Positions 1 through 11,981 of a stretch of DNA of 64,000 nucleotides are shown here, piece after piece. Position 1 is the stretch's first letter. Every line of letters starts with the position of its first letter. Both the position numbers and the translations under genes were made by a program. Source of the DNA: Pseudoxanthomonas sp. (GTDB taxonomy: Bacteria; Pseudomonadota; Gammaproteobacteria; Xanthomonadales; Xanthomonadaceae); contig JAYRTC010000015.1 of assembly GCA_041919795.1 (NCBI GenBank), forward strand, positions 23,721 through 87,720. Direction: 5' to 3'. The notes beneath the pieces are model-generated. The model did no database searches. It was not told the origin of the DNA and saw only the letters and a list, made by a program, of their open reading frames with translations.

Positions 1-658
1 CGCGCGCAGCCGCCGATACCCACGCATCGCGGCGTAGGTAGTACAGGGCCGTATCCATTTCATGGCGGGCGAACAGGTTGCGCAGCGCGATCATGCGCTG
101 GCGGGCGTCGGCGCTGTAGCGGCTGTTGGGGTAGCGCTCGGTCAGCAGGTTGAAGTCGCTGTAGGCCTGGATGGGCGTGGCCAGGTCGCGGCGGCTGGGA
201 TCGAGCCGCCACACCTTCTGCAGGAACACCGTGTCTCGGCCCGAATTGGCCAGGCCGCGCAGGTAGTACATGTACGGCACGTTGCGCTGGGTCGGATAAG
301 TACGCAGGAAACGGTCGATGGTGGAAACCGCGTCGTCGGTCTTGCCGGACTTGAACTGGGCATAGGCCGTTTCCATCAGCGCCTGTTCGGTGTACGGACC
401 GTAGGGGTACTGGGCGATGAGTTTGCGGAAGTCGAGTTCGGCCTTGGACCAGTTGCTGTTGGTCATTGACTTGTGCGCGGTCTGGTAGATCTCCTCGACC
501 GGCTTGCCTTCCAGCGAATCCTTGTCCTTCTTGAACATCTTGCCGCAGCCGCTGGCGACGAAGACGATCGCCAGCGCAAGGCCGGCCATGCGGATCAGGC
601 GCAGGCGGCTGGGGGCGGAATACCGTGGGGTGGAGCGGGCAACGGAGCGCTGGGTCAT
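1..658 (-). CDS. bamD: Outer membrane protein assembly factor BamD (partial, continues past the window start)
   Basis: This minus-strand frame is absent from the ORF track because it has no stop inside the window. Hand translation from ATG (rc of 656-658) gives MTQRSVARST...LALAIVFVASGCGKMFKK (lipobox ASGC), then TPR-like ...YPYGPYTEQALMETAYAQFKSGK.... It is divergent from rluD, as in E. coli. Confidence 0.8.
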   Translation of the reverse strand, partial: MTQRSVARSTPRYSAPSRLRLIRMAGLALAIVFVASGCGKMFKKDKDSLEGKPVEEIYQTAHKSMTNSNWSKAELDFRKLIAQYPYGPYTEQALMETAYAQFKSGKTDDAVSTIDRFLRTYPTQRNVPYMYYLRGLANSGRDTVFLQKVWRLDPSRRDLATPIQAYSDFNLLTERYPNSRYSADARQRMIALRNLFARHEMDTALYYLRRDAWVSAAAR

Positions 659-756
659 GGGCTGGCGGAAGGCCGCGACAGGGAAACGGAACGGCGATGA
701 TAGCCTAGGCGCCGCCCAAGCCATGAACCTGCGGCCAACATGCCGCCTGCAAAGCC

Positions 757-1770
757 ATGACCGAACCCGCCTCCCCCGTCGACGATTCCGACCTCTCCGA
801 CAGCCCGGAAGAGGATTCCCCGCGCACCGCCGTGGTCCCGGCCAGCGCCGCCGGGCGGCGCTTCGATGCGGTGCTGGCCGAACTTTTCCCCGAATATTCG
901 CGCACCCGCCTGTCGGAATGGATCAAGTCAGGCGATGCCCGCCTGGATGGCGAAACCGTGCGCGGGCGCGATCCCGTGCGCGGAGGCGAGACCGCCAGCC
1001 TGGACGTGGTCCTGGACACCCAGACCCATGCCCTGCCGCAGGACATCCCGATCGAGGTGCTGTACGAGGACGCGGATGTGTTCGTGATCAACAAGCCCGC
1101 CGGCCTGGTGGTGCACCCGGGCGCCGGCAATCACGATGGCACCCTGGTCAACGCCTTGCTGTTCCGCGATCCGTCGCTGTCCACGATCCCGCGCGCCGGC
1201 ATCGTCCACCGCCTGGACAAGGACACCAGCGGGGTCATGGTGGTGGCGCGCACGCTGCCGGCGCACACCGCGCTGGTCGAGCAATTGTCGTCGCGCGACG
1301 TGCACCGCCAGTACCTGGCGATCGTGGTCGGTTCGATGGTCTCCGGCGGCACCGTCAACGCGCCGATCGATCGCCATTCGCGCGACCGCATCCGCATGTC
1401 GGTGCGCGAGGAAGGCCGCGACGCGGTCACCCATTACCGCCTGCGCGAACGCTTCCGCGCCCATACCGCGCTGGAGTGCCGCCTGGAAACCGGCCGCACC
1501 CACCAGATCCGCGTGCACATGACCCATCTGAAGTACCCGCTCGTCGGCGACCCGATGTACGGCGGCCCGCTGAAACTGCCCAAGCACGCCACCGAGGAAC
1601 TGATCGCCGCATTGCGCGGCTTCAAGCGCCAGGCGTTGCATGCGGAAGTGCTGGAGTTCAGGCATCCGACCAGCGGCGAACCCCTGCGCGTGTCCGCGCC
1701 GGTGCCGGCCGACATGCTGGGCCTGCTGGCCGCGCTGCGCGCCGATGGCGAGGCGCAGAAGCAGCGATGA
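757..1770 (+). CDS. rluD: 23S rRNA pseudouridine synthase RluD
   Basis: 337 aa with an S4-like N-terminus and the RluA-family catalytic motif [16 protein letters not shown]. The rluD-pgeF pairing is conserved. Confidence 0.93.
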   Translation: MTEPASPVDDSDLSDSPEEDSPRTAVVPASAAGRRFDAVLAELFPEYSRTRLSEWIKSGDARLDGETVRGRDPVRGGETASLDVVLDTQTHALPQDIPIEVLYEDADVFVINKPAGLVVHPGAGNHDGTLVNALLFRDPSLSTIPRAGIVHRLDKDTSGVMVVARTLPAHTALVEQLSSRDVHRQYLAIVVGSMVSGGTVNAPIDRHSRDRIRMSVREEGRDAVTHYRLRERFRAHTALECRLETGRTHQIRVHMTHLKYPLVGDPMYGGPLKLPKHATEELIAALRGFKRQALHAEVLEFRHPTSGEPLRVSAPVPADMLGLLAALRADGEAQKQR

Positions 1771-2552
1771 GCGCGGTGCTGCAAGCGCAGTGGCCGGTGC
1801 CGGCGAAGGTGCACGCCTTCACCACGCTGCGTCATGGCGCCGGGGTTTCGCGGGCGCCGTTCGACACGTTCAACCTGGGCAATCGCCTTGCCGCCGACGG
1901 CGATGATCCGGCGACGGTCGACCGCAACCGTGCCGAACTGGTGGATCGCTTCGAACTGCCTTCCGCGCCGCACTGGCTGCGGCAGGTGCATGGGACGCAA
2001 GTGCTGCGGTTCTTGGCTCCTTCCCCTGCGAAGGCAGAGGGAGGGGTCGAAGAGCCTGTTGCCGATGCCGCCGTCACTTCCGATGCGGGTGTCGTCCTCG
2101 CCATCCTCACCGCCGATTGCCTGCCGGTGGTGTTCGCCGCGCAGGACGGCAGCGAAATCGGCGCGGCCCATGCGGGTTGGCGCGGACTCGCGGGCGGCGT
2201 GCTGGAAAACACGGTGGCGGCGATGCGCACGCCTGCCGCGCAACTCACCGCCTGGCTGGGTCCCGCCGCCGGACCGCAGGCCTACGAGATTGGCGAAGAA
2301 GTCTTCACTGCGTTCGTGGAGCAGGATGCGCAAGCTGCTTCTGCTTTCGTCGCGACCCGGGCCGGACATTGGCGCGTGGACCTGTACGCGCTGGCGCGAC
2401 GGCGTCTTGCCGCAATCGGCATCGAGCGCGTGCAGGGTGGCGGCCTTTGCACCATTTCCGACCCGCAACGATTCTTCTCGCATCGCCGCAGCACCTCCGA
2501 TGGCAGCGGGCGCACCGGACGCATGGCCACCGTGGCGTGGCTTCAAGCGTGA
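1767..2552 (+). CDS. pgeF: YfiH/PgeF laccase-domain protein (peptidoglycan editing factor, DUF152)
   Basis: This is the C-terminal part of the 504..2552 ORF, starting [10 protein letters not shown]. It has the motifs LTADCLPV and AHAGWRG. The ATGA overlap with the rluD stop suggests translational coupling. Confidence 0.88.
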   Translation: MSAVLQAQWPVPAKVHAFTTLRHGAGVSRAPFDTFNLGNRLAADGDDPATVDRNRAELVDRFELPSAPHWLRQVHGTQVLRFLAPSPAKAEGGVEEPVADAAVTSDAGVVLAILTADCLPVVFAAQDGSEIGAAHAGWRGLAGGVLENTVAAMRTPAAQLTAWLGPAAGPQAYEIGEEVFTAFVEQDAQAASAFVATRAGHWRVDLYALARRRLAAIGIERVQGGGLCTISDPQRFFSHRRSTSDGSGRTGRMATVAWLQA

Positions 2553-3082
2553 ACCCGCCGTTGTTCCGGCAGGTGCTGGGCGACGCCTTCGACAGCCTGC
2601 CGCCGGCAGTCGAAGCGCTGCATTCGCGTGAGGGATGCAGTCGCTATCGCGGTGAGGTCGAGGTCAGTCGTGGCGAGCATCCGCTGGCCCGATGGTTCGC
2701 CCGGGCCACCCGGCTTCCACCTGCGGGCAAGGGTGCGATCGAAGTCGAGATCGATGCGCGCGGGCACGGCGAGCGCTGGACGCGCCGCATCGGCGGTCAT
2801 GCGATGCCATCGCGGCTGTGGTCGCAGGATGGATTGCTGTGCGAACAATTGGGCCTGGTGCGTTTCGGTTTCGCGTTGACGGCGGAAGAAGGCGTGCTGG
2901 TCTGGCGCGTGGCGCGAGTGCACGCACTGGGCCTGCCGCTGCCGGCGCGCTGGTTCGACGCGGTGCGGGCGCGCGAATACGAAAGCGAAGGGCGTTACTG
3001 GTTCGATGTGACCGCGGCGATGCCGGTCGCCGGAGCGCTGGTGCATTACCGGGGCTGGCTGGAGGTCGATGGCGCGGCCTGA
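2549..3082 (+). CDS. DUF4166-like protein
   Basis: GTG start with a GTGA overlap on the pgeF stop. The sequence [25 protein letters not shown]... resembles DUF4166 family members. This assignment is from memory and was not searched. Confidence 0.6.
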   Translation: MNPPLFRQVLGDAFDSLPPAVEALHSREGCSRYRGEVEVSRGEHPLARWFARATRLPPAGKGAIEVEIDARGHGERWTRRIGGHAMPSRLWSQDGLLCEQLGLVRFGFALTAEEGVLVWRVARVHALGLPLPARWFDAVRAREYESEGRYWFDVTAAMPVAGALVHYRGWLEVDGAA

Positions 3083-3124
3083 CATGCGGTTGGCCTGAAC
3101 TGTGAGGGAGCTTGAATGCGGGAG

Positions 3125-3173
3125 ACGCTTCAGCCCCGACGCTCTTGCAGGCAGAAGCGTCGGGGCTGAAGCT
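3125..3173. repeat. REP-like 17-bp-stem palindrome
   Basis: gcttcagccccgacgct ... agcgtcggggctgaagc. Confidence 0.6.
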
Positions 3174-3186
3174 CCTTCCACACTTT

Positions 3187-3233
3187 GCAAGAAAGCGAAA
3201 AGCCGACCCTTGAGTCGGCTTTTCGCTTTCTTG
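3187..3233. terminator. Bidirectional intrinsic terminator (21-bp perfect stem)
   Basis: gcaagaaagcgaaaagccgac / ccttga / gtcggcttttcgctttcttgc, lying between convergent genes that end at 3082 (+) and 3248 (-). Confidence 0.7.
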
Positions 3234-3247
3234 CAGGTGAAGCGCGA

Positions 3248-4450
3248 TTACTGCGCCAGGCTGAACTCCATGCGCCGGTTCTGCGCGCGGCCTTCGGTAG
3301 TGCCGTTATCGGCCACCGGCTTGGTGTCGCCGTAACCCTTGGCGGTCAGGATCGCATCGGAGACACCGAGTTCGACCAGGCGGGCGCGCACTGCGGCCGC
3401 CCTTGCCTCGCTGAGCTTGAGGTTGGCCGCGGCGTTGCCGGTGTTGTCGGTATGGCCACCGATCTCCACGCGCGTTCCCTCAGGCGCTTTCTTCAGGGCT
3501 TCCGCCGCCTTGCCGAGGATGTCCTGGCTGGTGGCGCTGATCCGCGAGGAACCGGTATCGAACTGGATGCCGGTCAGGTTGAGCGCCTTGATCAGGTCAT
3601 CGGCGGTGAAGTTGCCGGCTTGCAATGCGCCGAGTGCTTCGTCGGCGGTCGGTGCGGGTGTCGCTGCAGCGTCTGCGTCTGCATTGGCGGCAGCCGCGGC
3701 GTCCGCCGGTGCAGCCGAGGCATCCGGGGCCGGCATTGCGGCATCCGTCGCCGGCATCGCATCGGTCGCGGAGGCAGCCACATCGGCCGCAGGCGTGGCA
3801 TCGGTGGCCGGAGCCTGATCGCCCCGCTTGGTCCACATGCAATAACCCAGGCCGAGTACGAGGGCGAGCGGGATCAGCCACTTCAGGAAGCCCAATCCGC
3901 CGCCGGCAGCGGCGCTGGCGCCGGCACCGACATTGGCGGCGGCGCGACCGGCGGCGGCACTGGCCGCACCGGCACCGTGGCTGACGGCGTCGCCCGCGCC
4001 ACGCGCTGCATTGCCGAGGCCGGCGGCGGCATTGCCGACGCCCGCGCCCAGACCGCCGAGACCGGGAATCAAGCCGCTCACGCTGGCCGGGATCGAGGTC
4101 GGGAGTTGGCCGCCAGGGGTCAGCGCGCCGATGATCTTGGGCAACAGGCCGGCGGTGGCCATGCTCACCGCCGATGCAGGCAAGCCGATCTTGCTGGCCA
4201 GCGAAGAAATGGTGTCGCTGCCGAGCGCGGCATGCACCTGGTCGGGTTGCAGGTCGTTGTCGCCGGGCGTGCCACCGACCCACGAAGCCGCAGCATCGCC
4301 GAGTCCGGCGTCCTTGAATTTCTGCAGGAAGCCCGAAATGCCGCCCGAACCGGGATTGAAGATCAAGCCAAGCAACTGGCCGACGAACTGCTTGGCGTTG
4401 TCGCCAAGGCCGAAACGTTCCGCCGCCTGGCGGATGATGGCGTCGAACAT
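3248..4450 (-). CDS. OmpA-family peptidoglycan-binding protein with a YidB/DUF937-like N-terminal domain
   Basis: 400 aa. N-terminus MFDAIIRQAAERFGLGDNAKQFVGQLLGLIF..., Gly/Ala-rich region, one TM segment (FLKWLIPLALVLGLGYCMW), Ala/Asp/Pro-rich linker. The C-terminus is OmpA-like (GHTDNTGNAAANLKLSEARAAAVRARL...NRRMEF). Confidence 0.8.
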   Translation of the reverse strand: MFDAIIRQAAERFGLGDNAKQFVGQLLGLIFNPGSGGISGFLQKFKDAGLGDAAASWVGGTPGDNDLQPDQVHAALGSDTISSLASKIGLPASAVSMATAGLLPKIIGALTPGGQLPTSIPASVSGLIPGLGGLGAGVGNAAAGLGNAARGAGDAVSHGAGAASAAAGRAAANVGAGASAAAGGGLGFLKWLIPLALVLGLGYCMWTKRGDQAPATDATPAADVAASATDAMPATDAAMPAPDASAAPADAAAAANADADAAATPAPTADEALGALQAGNFTADDLIKALNLTGIQFDTGSSRISATSQDILGKAAEALKKAPEGTRVEIGGHTDNTGNAAANLKLSEARAAAVRARLVELGVSDAILTAKGYGDTKPVADNGTTEGRAQNRRMEFSLAQ

Positions 4451-4652
4451 GTTGAATCTCCTTGTTGCTTATCGAACAGGGATGGATCGCTCGCCTGCGG
4501 CCGGGGCTCGCCGACGCCGCGGCAGCACACCACAGGCGGGAACACGCGGTGTTAAGTTCAGATCAAGACACGCGGCATTCACCCCGGATCGATTCCAAAC
4601 CTGCGACGTGGGTTACCTTCTTCATCCGCCGCCCCGTCAATCCGAGTGCCTG

Positions 4653-6254
4653 ATGTCTTCTTCCACTGCTTCTTTCCGCCGCTGGTTCGTCGCGGGCGAT
4701 CTCAATGGCTTCTTCGGACTGGTGGTCGACAACCTGTCGATCCTCGGCTTCATTGCCGCCGCGTTGATCGGGATCTTCCAGTTTCCCGCCGAGGTGGTGT
4801 TCGGAAAAATGTTTCCCGGCACCGCCTTCGGTGTACTGGTTGGCAATCTTTCCTACACGTGGATGGCGCGCAGGCTGGCGGCGAAGAGCGGGCGCGACGA
4901 CGTCACCGCGATGCCGCTGGGACTGGATGCGCCGACCAGCATCGGCATGGCCTTGCTGGTGCTGGGGCCGGCGTTCGTTGCCTTCAAGCAACAGGGCATG
5001 GACGCGAACGCCGCGGCGCTCGCCACCTGGCAACTGGGCATGGCCTCGCTGATGGTGATGGGCGTGTTGAAACTGGTGTTGTCGTTCTTCGGCGATGCGG
5101 TCACGCGGATGGTGCCGCGCGCGGGCTTGCTGGGATCGATCGGCGGGGCGGCATTGACCCTGCTTGGCTTCCTGCCGCTGATCGAGGCCCTGCGTTCGCC
5201 GGTGGTCGGCTTCGTCACTTTCGGATTGCTGTTGTACGTGCTGGTGGCGAAGGGCAGGTTGCCGGTGAAGATTCCCGGCGTGTTGCTGGCTTTCCTGGTC
5301 GGCACCGCACTGTATTACGCGTTGGGTCTGGCGGGTTTGGGGGCGCCGGGATTCGCCGTGCCGGAAGCGGTGCCGCTGCGTTTCACCTTGCCGCTGCCGA
5401 CGCTGGGTCTCCTCGATGGCCTGGCCTACACGGTGCCGTACCTGCCGCTGCTGCTGCCGTTCGGCCTGCTGATGGTGGTCGGCGGCATCAACGTCAGCGA
5501 AAGCGCGCGCGCCGCGGGCGACGACTACCGCACCCGCGACATCCTGCTGGTCGAAGCCGTGTCCACCCTGGTTGCCGGTTTTTGTGGCGGCGTGGCCCAG
5601 ACCACGCCCTACATCGGCCAGCCTGCGTACAAGCACATGGGCGCGCGCAGTGGTTACACCTTGCTCACCGGCTTGTTCATTGGCCTGGGCGGCATCTTCG
5701 GCTATGTGTCGGGGCTGGTGCAGTGGCTGCCGCTGGCGGTGCTGGCGCCGATCATCGTCTATGTCGGCCTGGACATCACCGTGCAGGCCTTCACCGAAAC
5801 CCCGCGCAAACATGCGTTGGCCGTTGCGTTGGGCTTCCTGCCATCGATCGCCTACCTGTTCAACATCAAGCTGGGCAATCCGGCGTGGATACCACTGGAG
5901 AGATTCGCCGCGCTCTACCACGGCGGCGACGGCCACGGTCTGCCCGACCTGGCCGCCATCGTCACCCTGGGCAATGGCTTCATCATCACCGCGATGATCT
6001 GGACCACCACGCTGGTGGCGATGATCGACGGACGCCTGCGCCATGCGGTGCTGGCGTTGCTGATCGGCGCGGCGCTGACCCTGTTCGGCTTCATCCATTC
6101 GGTCGATCCACGCGGCGGCATCTACCTGCCGTGGGAACTGGTGGACCTGCCGAAGGTGATCATGTGGCAATTCGCCGGCGCCTACGCGGCGCTGGCGGTG
6201 TTGCTGGGATTGTTGTCGTTGCAGAAACCTGCGACGGCAACCGCGCCCCAATGA
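4653..6254 (+). CDS. NCS2/AzgA-like nucleobase (xanthine/uracil family) permease
   Basis: 533 aa, polytopic. The start MSSSTASFRRWFVAGDLNGFFGLVVDNLS... is typical of AGZA-type permeases. The N-terminal part of the 3933..6254 ORF is a read-through artefact. Confidence 0.72.
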   Translation: MSSSTASFRRWFVAGDLNGFFGLVVDNLSILGFIAAALIGIFQFPAEVVFGKMFPGTAFGVLVGNLSYTWMARRLAAKSGRDDVTAMPLGLDAPTSIGMALLVLGPAFVAFKQQGMDANAAALATWQLGMASLMVMGVLKLVLSFFGDAVTRMVPRAGLLGSIGGAALTLLGFLPLIEALRSPVVGFVTFGLLLYVLVAKGRLPVKIPGVLLAFLVGTALYYALGLAGLGAPGFAVPEAVPLRFTLPLPTLGLLDGLAYTVPYLPLLLPFGLLMVVGGINVSESARAAGDDYRTRDILLVEAVSTLVAGFCGGVAQTTPYIGQPAYKHMGARSGYTLLTGLFIGLGGIFGYVSGLVQWLPLAVLAPIIVYVGLDITVQAFTETPRKHALAVALGFLPSIAYLFNIKLGNPAWIPLERFAALYHGGDGHGLPDLAAIVTLGNGFIITAMIWTTTLVAMIDGRLRHAVLALLIGAALTLFGFIHSVDPRGGIYLPWELVDLPKVIMWQFAGAYAALAVLLGLLSLQKPATATAPQ

Positions 6255-7174
6255 ACCCGCGAACACGTCGCTATACTCGCCGCATGCCGCGTTTGCTGCT
6301 GGTGCTGTCCTGTTTGCTAGTCGCCGCCTGTACCGCGACCGGGACTTCCTTGCGCGCGACATCGAAGGCGGAAGGCGCACTGGTGGTGGTCACCGCGAAC
6401 CTGCGCACTTCCTCCGCGCCGGACGGCGACAACGCCTGGCCCTTGCGCAAGGCGGGCGCACTGGCGCTGCTGCGCGGGCTGTCCCCGGATGTGCTTGGCG
6501 TACAGGAAGCGCTGGTCGATCAGCATGATGCGGTGGCGGCGGCGTTGCCCGGTTACCTGGCGGTGGGCGGCGGGCGCGACGACGGCAAGCGCAAGGGCGA
6601 GTTCTCTTCGCTGTTCCTGCGCCAGTCGCGGTTCGAGCTGCTCGATTCGGGCCAGTTCTGGCTTTCGCCCACGCCCGAAGTGCAGGGCTCGATGGGCTGG
6701 GATGCGGCTTACCCGCGCATATGCACCTGGGCGCGCGTGCGCGACCGGCGCAACGGCAGGGAATTATTGGTCGCCAACACCCACTTCGATCACCTGGGCG
6801 TGCTGGCGCGCGAACAATCGGCCAAGCTGATCGTGGCGCGCCTGCGTGCCGTGGCGGGTGCGCAAACCCCGGCCGCAGTCGCGCCGCCGATCCTGTTGCT
6901 GGGCGACTTCAACTCGGACGAGCACAGCAGCGCTTACCGGGCCCTCCTCGACGCCGGCCTGGTCGATGCCTATCGCTCCGTGCATCCGCAAGCCGGCGCC
7001 AATGAGCTGACCTTCCACGACTTCAAGGGCCTGACCCTGGGTCGACGCATCGATTTCATCTTCAACAGCACGGACCTGCATGCCGTCGACGCCACGATCG
7101 TGCGCACGCCGATCGCGCCCGGTCGCTTTCCTTCCGACCACTATTTCGTCAGCGCCCGGCTCGAATGGAAATGA
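6251..7174 (+). CDS. Secreted endonuclease/exonuclease/phosphatase (EEP) family lipoprotein
   Basis: Signal/lipobox [12 protein letters not shown] motifs [24 protein letters not shown] and SDHYFV are present. An alternative start exists at 6284. Confidence 0.8.
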   Translation: MNPRTRRYTRRMPRLLLVLSCLLVAACTATGTSLRATSKAEGALVVVTANLRTSSAPDGDNAWPLRKAGALALLRGLSPDVLGVQEALVDQHDAVAAALPGYLAVGGGRDDGKRKGEFSSLFLRQSRFELLDSGQFWLSPTPEVQGSMGWDAAYPRICTWARVRDRRNGRELLVANTHFDHLGVLAREQSAKLIVARLRAVAGAQTPAAVAPPILLLGDFNSDEHSSAYRALLDAGLVDAYRSVHPQAGANELTFHDFKGLTLGRRIDFIFNSTDLHAVDATIVRTPIAPGRFPSDHYFVSARLEWK

Positions 7175-7213
7175 GCGCGGCCTTGCCCGGCCCTGTCCGG
7201 CGACCCGCCACGG

Positions 7214-7241
7214 CTTGAATAGCGGTCCGGCGACCGCATCT
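7214..7241 (+). promoter_or_regulatory. Candidate sigma32 heat-shock promoter of clpB
   Basis: CTTGAA (7214-7219), a 14-nt spacer, then CCGCATCT (7234-7241). The consensus is CTTGAA-N13-14-CCCCATNT. The site is 50 nt upstream of the clpB ATG. Confidence 0.55.
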
Positions 7242-7290
7242 GGATAACATTGCCGGCGCCAGCCGGCCTCCCGAATCCAGAGGTAATCCC

Positions 7291-9891
<2,601 letters not shown>

Positions 9892-9948
9892 TTCAATCGA
9901 TCATTTCCACCCAACCCTTGGAGCGCATCCGCAAGCAGCCGCGATTCA

Positions 9949-9978
9949 GCCGCCACCCGGCATGGTGGCGGCCTGTTT
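9949..9978 (+). terminator. Intrinsic terminator after clpB
   Basis: gccgccac / ccggcat / gtggcggc followed by ctgtttcc. Confidence 0.55.
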
Positions 9979-9994
9979 CCACGGAGCAAGTCCC

Positions 9995-10426
9995 ATGCAC
10001 AAGACCTTGATCGGCACTTCCCTGGCACTGGCGCTGTTGGCGCTGGCTCCGGCGGCGCAGGCCGCGCAGACCTGCAAGCTCAGCTTCAACCTGGCCGGCT
10101 GGTCGATCTTCTACAAGACCGCCAGCGGCACCGGCACCGTGACCTGCAGCGATGGCAGCCGCCTGGCGGTGAAAATTTCCGCCAAGGGTGGCGGACTGAC
10201 TGTCGGCAAGACCAAGATCCAGAACGGCGTCGGCGAATTCGCCCGCGTGGAAAGGATCCGTGACGTGCTGGGCAGCTACGCCGCAGTCGAAGCCCACGCC
10301 GGCGCGGAAAAAGCCGCGCATGCGCAGGCCATGACCAACGGCAATGTTTCGCTTGCACTGGCCGGCAAGGGCCAGGGCTGGGATCTGGGCGTGGCCTTCA
10401 CCAAATTCACCATCGAAGCGCGCTGA
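9995..10426 (+). CDS. Secreted hypothetical protein
   Basis: Sec signal peptide MHKTLIGTSLALALLALAPAAQA|AQ and a GGAG-type RBS upstream. No family was recognised. Confidence 0.6.
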   Translation: MHKTLIGTSLALALLALAPAAQAAQTCKLSFNLAGWSIFYKTASGTGTVTCSDGSRLAVKISAKGGGLTVGKTKIQNGVGEFARVERIRDVLGSYAAVEAHAGAEKAAHAQAMTNGNVSLALAGKGQGWDLGVAFTKFTIEAR

Positions 10427-10473
10427 TATCCCGGCTGGTATTCCGCCCGACATCCCGATCGGACCACCGGAAG

Positions 10474-10516
10474 AAAAAGATGGATATGCCTCGGAGACGA
10501 GGCATATCCTCGTTTG
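10474..10516. terminator. Bidirectional terminator (12-bp perfect stem)
   Basis: ggatatgcctcg / gaga / cgaggcatatcc, flanked by an A-run and tcgtttg, between convergent genes. Confidence 0.6.
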
Positions 10517-10553
10517 AGGGACGAATATTCCTCGCGGGGAAGCAATGGCGAAT

Positions 10554-11015
10554 TTACGTTTCCTCCAATCTCGACACCCTGATCGTCGCGCGCTGCGATG
10601 AAGTCGCTTGCACTGGACCTTCCGCACTGCCGGGTTCCAGTTCCAACAGATGGAAGACATAACCGGCGTACGTGGCATCGGCAGGCAAGTCCATGCCCGA
10701 TGGCGCTTCCGTGCCTATCACCACGCGGCCCGCCGCGGAACCCGGCTTGCCGACCCGCAAGGTGACGGCGGCATGTCCCGCCCAGATGCAGGCGACTTTC
10801 GCCGGACAACGGCTGTCGTTGATCTCGACAAGTTCGACGGTCAGCGACTCGTTTGCGATGAAGGCCTGCTGCCCGCGTGCGAGGACAATCGTGTGGACCG
10901 GCGATGAAACCCGCGACGATTCTTCGCCCGCAATATTGCCGCGACCAGCCACGCAACCGGTCAATGCGGGGATGAGCAGGGCGAGGGTCATGCGGAGCAA
11001 TACATTCGGCATCAT
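10554..11015 (-). CDS. Hypothetical lipoprotein
   Basis: Lipobox LIPALTGC after MMPNVLLRMTLAL. No family was recognised. The start could be 11036, 11015 or 11012. Confidence 0.5.
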   Translation of the reverse strand: MMPNVLLRMTLALLIPALTGCVAGRGNIAGEESSRVSSPVHTIVLARGQQAFIANESLTVELVEINDSRCPAKVACIWAGHAAVTLRVGKPGSAAGRVVIGTEAPSGMDLPADATYAGYVFHLLELEPGSAEGPVQATSSQRATIRVSRLEET

Positions 11016-11133
11016 TGTCTTTCCAGCAAGTGGCACGCAGCGAGCCTACCCCAGCCGCCTGACGCCAGGATGAAATCGGCCGCGAATGTTCCGCGCAGGA
11101 GCGACGCAAGTCGCGAAAGATATCGCCTTGGCG

Positions 11134-11499
11134 CTACCAGGGCCCGACGAAATAGTCGAGCGTGGAAATGAAAGCAACGGGTATCACGCTGGCGAGCGCC
11201 GAAAAAACGATGACCATCCGGTTCTTGCGCGCACTGCCCTGGAATGCGCGGCCGGCGAAATAGCCGGCAACGCCACCCACAAGCGGCAAAAGAACGAATC
11301 CGCCGAAGAAACCATAGACAAGCCACGCGGCGGACACTGCGGCCATGACTCCCAGGAATCCAAAGGACTGCGCGCTGACCTCCCCGAACGGACCCAGCAT
11401 GCCCATCAGCGGTATCGGCAACCGGAATGTATATGCGAACAGCAAGCCGACCAGAAAGCTGGCGACCAATGCGGTAATCATGCCTTTCAGGATATCCAT
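11134..11499 (-). CDS. Hypothetical small integral membrane protein
   Basis: 121 aa with 3-4 predicted TM helices rich in Gly, Phe and Leu. No family was recognised. Confidence 0.5.
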   Translation of the reverse strand: MDILKGMITALVASFLVGLLFAYTFRLPIPLMGMLGPFGEVSAQSFGFLGVMAAVSAAWLVYGFFGGFVLLPLVGGVAGYFAGRAFQGSARKNRMVIVFSALASVIPVAFISTLDYFVGPW

Positions 11500-11674
11500 G
11501 GCTCACTTCACTCCAAGCAATGCGCCTCGAAGGACCGATGCCCTCCATGACTCCGACCGGAGCCCCGTGACCCGGATAGACCGCAGCGACACCCGATGCT
11601 CTTGGCGGATCATTCCAAAGGCCCGGGTTGACCAGCTTCGCTGTTGAAAGCCGCTGCGCTCTACCCGGACTACG

Positions 11675-11866
11675 TCACTCTCGAATCAACGCCTGGAAAA
11701 GGTAGGGCTCGAAAGTGTTCATTGTCTTGGCGCCCATGACCCCGCCTTGAGGTTTCCAGCCGCTTGCGATGTGTGAATTGACCTGCTGCGCCAACTCATT
11801 CGCCGCCCTGTCGAAATCGGTGCTCAGGCCAAAGGTGGCCTTGGTCGTGACTATCTTGTATTCCAT
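11675..11866 (-). CDS. Small hypothetical protein (possibly DUF1737/DUF4177-like, unverified)
   Basis: MEYKIVTTKATFGLSTDFDRAANELAQQVNSHIASGWKPQGGV.... An AGGA RBS lies 8 nt upstream of this internal ATG of the 11675..11950 ORF. Confidence 0.45.
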   Translation of the reverse strand: MEYKIVTTKATFGLSTDFDRAANELAQQVNSHIASGWKPQGGVMGAKTMNTFEPYLFQALIRE

Positions 11867-11981
11867 CTCGCGTTCCTTCTTGGTGGCTTTGGATAGTGCT
11901 TGAAGTACTCGTTGCGCATCCTGGACATTGCCGCCGATGCCCAGACCCACGTAAACACCCTGCCAAGGAATATCGCCCCGA

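Noticed and set aside
504-2552. 682-aa ORF spanning the bamD promoter, rluD and pgeF.
   Set aside because: Only the last 261 codons (from 1767) look like a real protein (PgeF). The upstream part is an out-of-frame read-through across rluD with an Arg/Pro-rich junk translation.
4451-4652. Possible purine riboswitch upstream of the nucleobase permease.
   Set aside because: I could not find the conserved purine-riboswitch core (two hairpins with loop-loop motifs around a three-way junction). The region looks like an ordinary divergent promoter.
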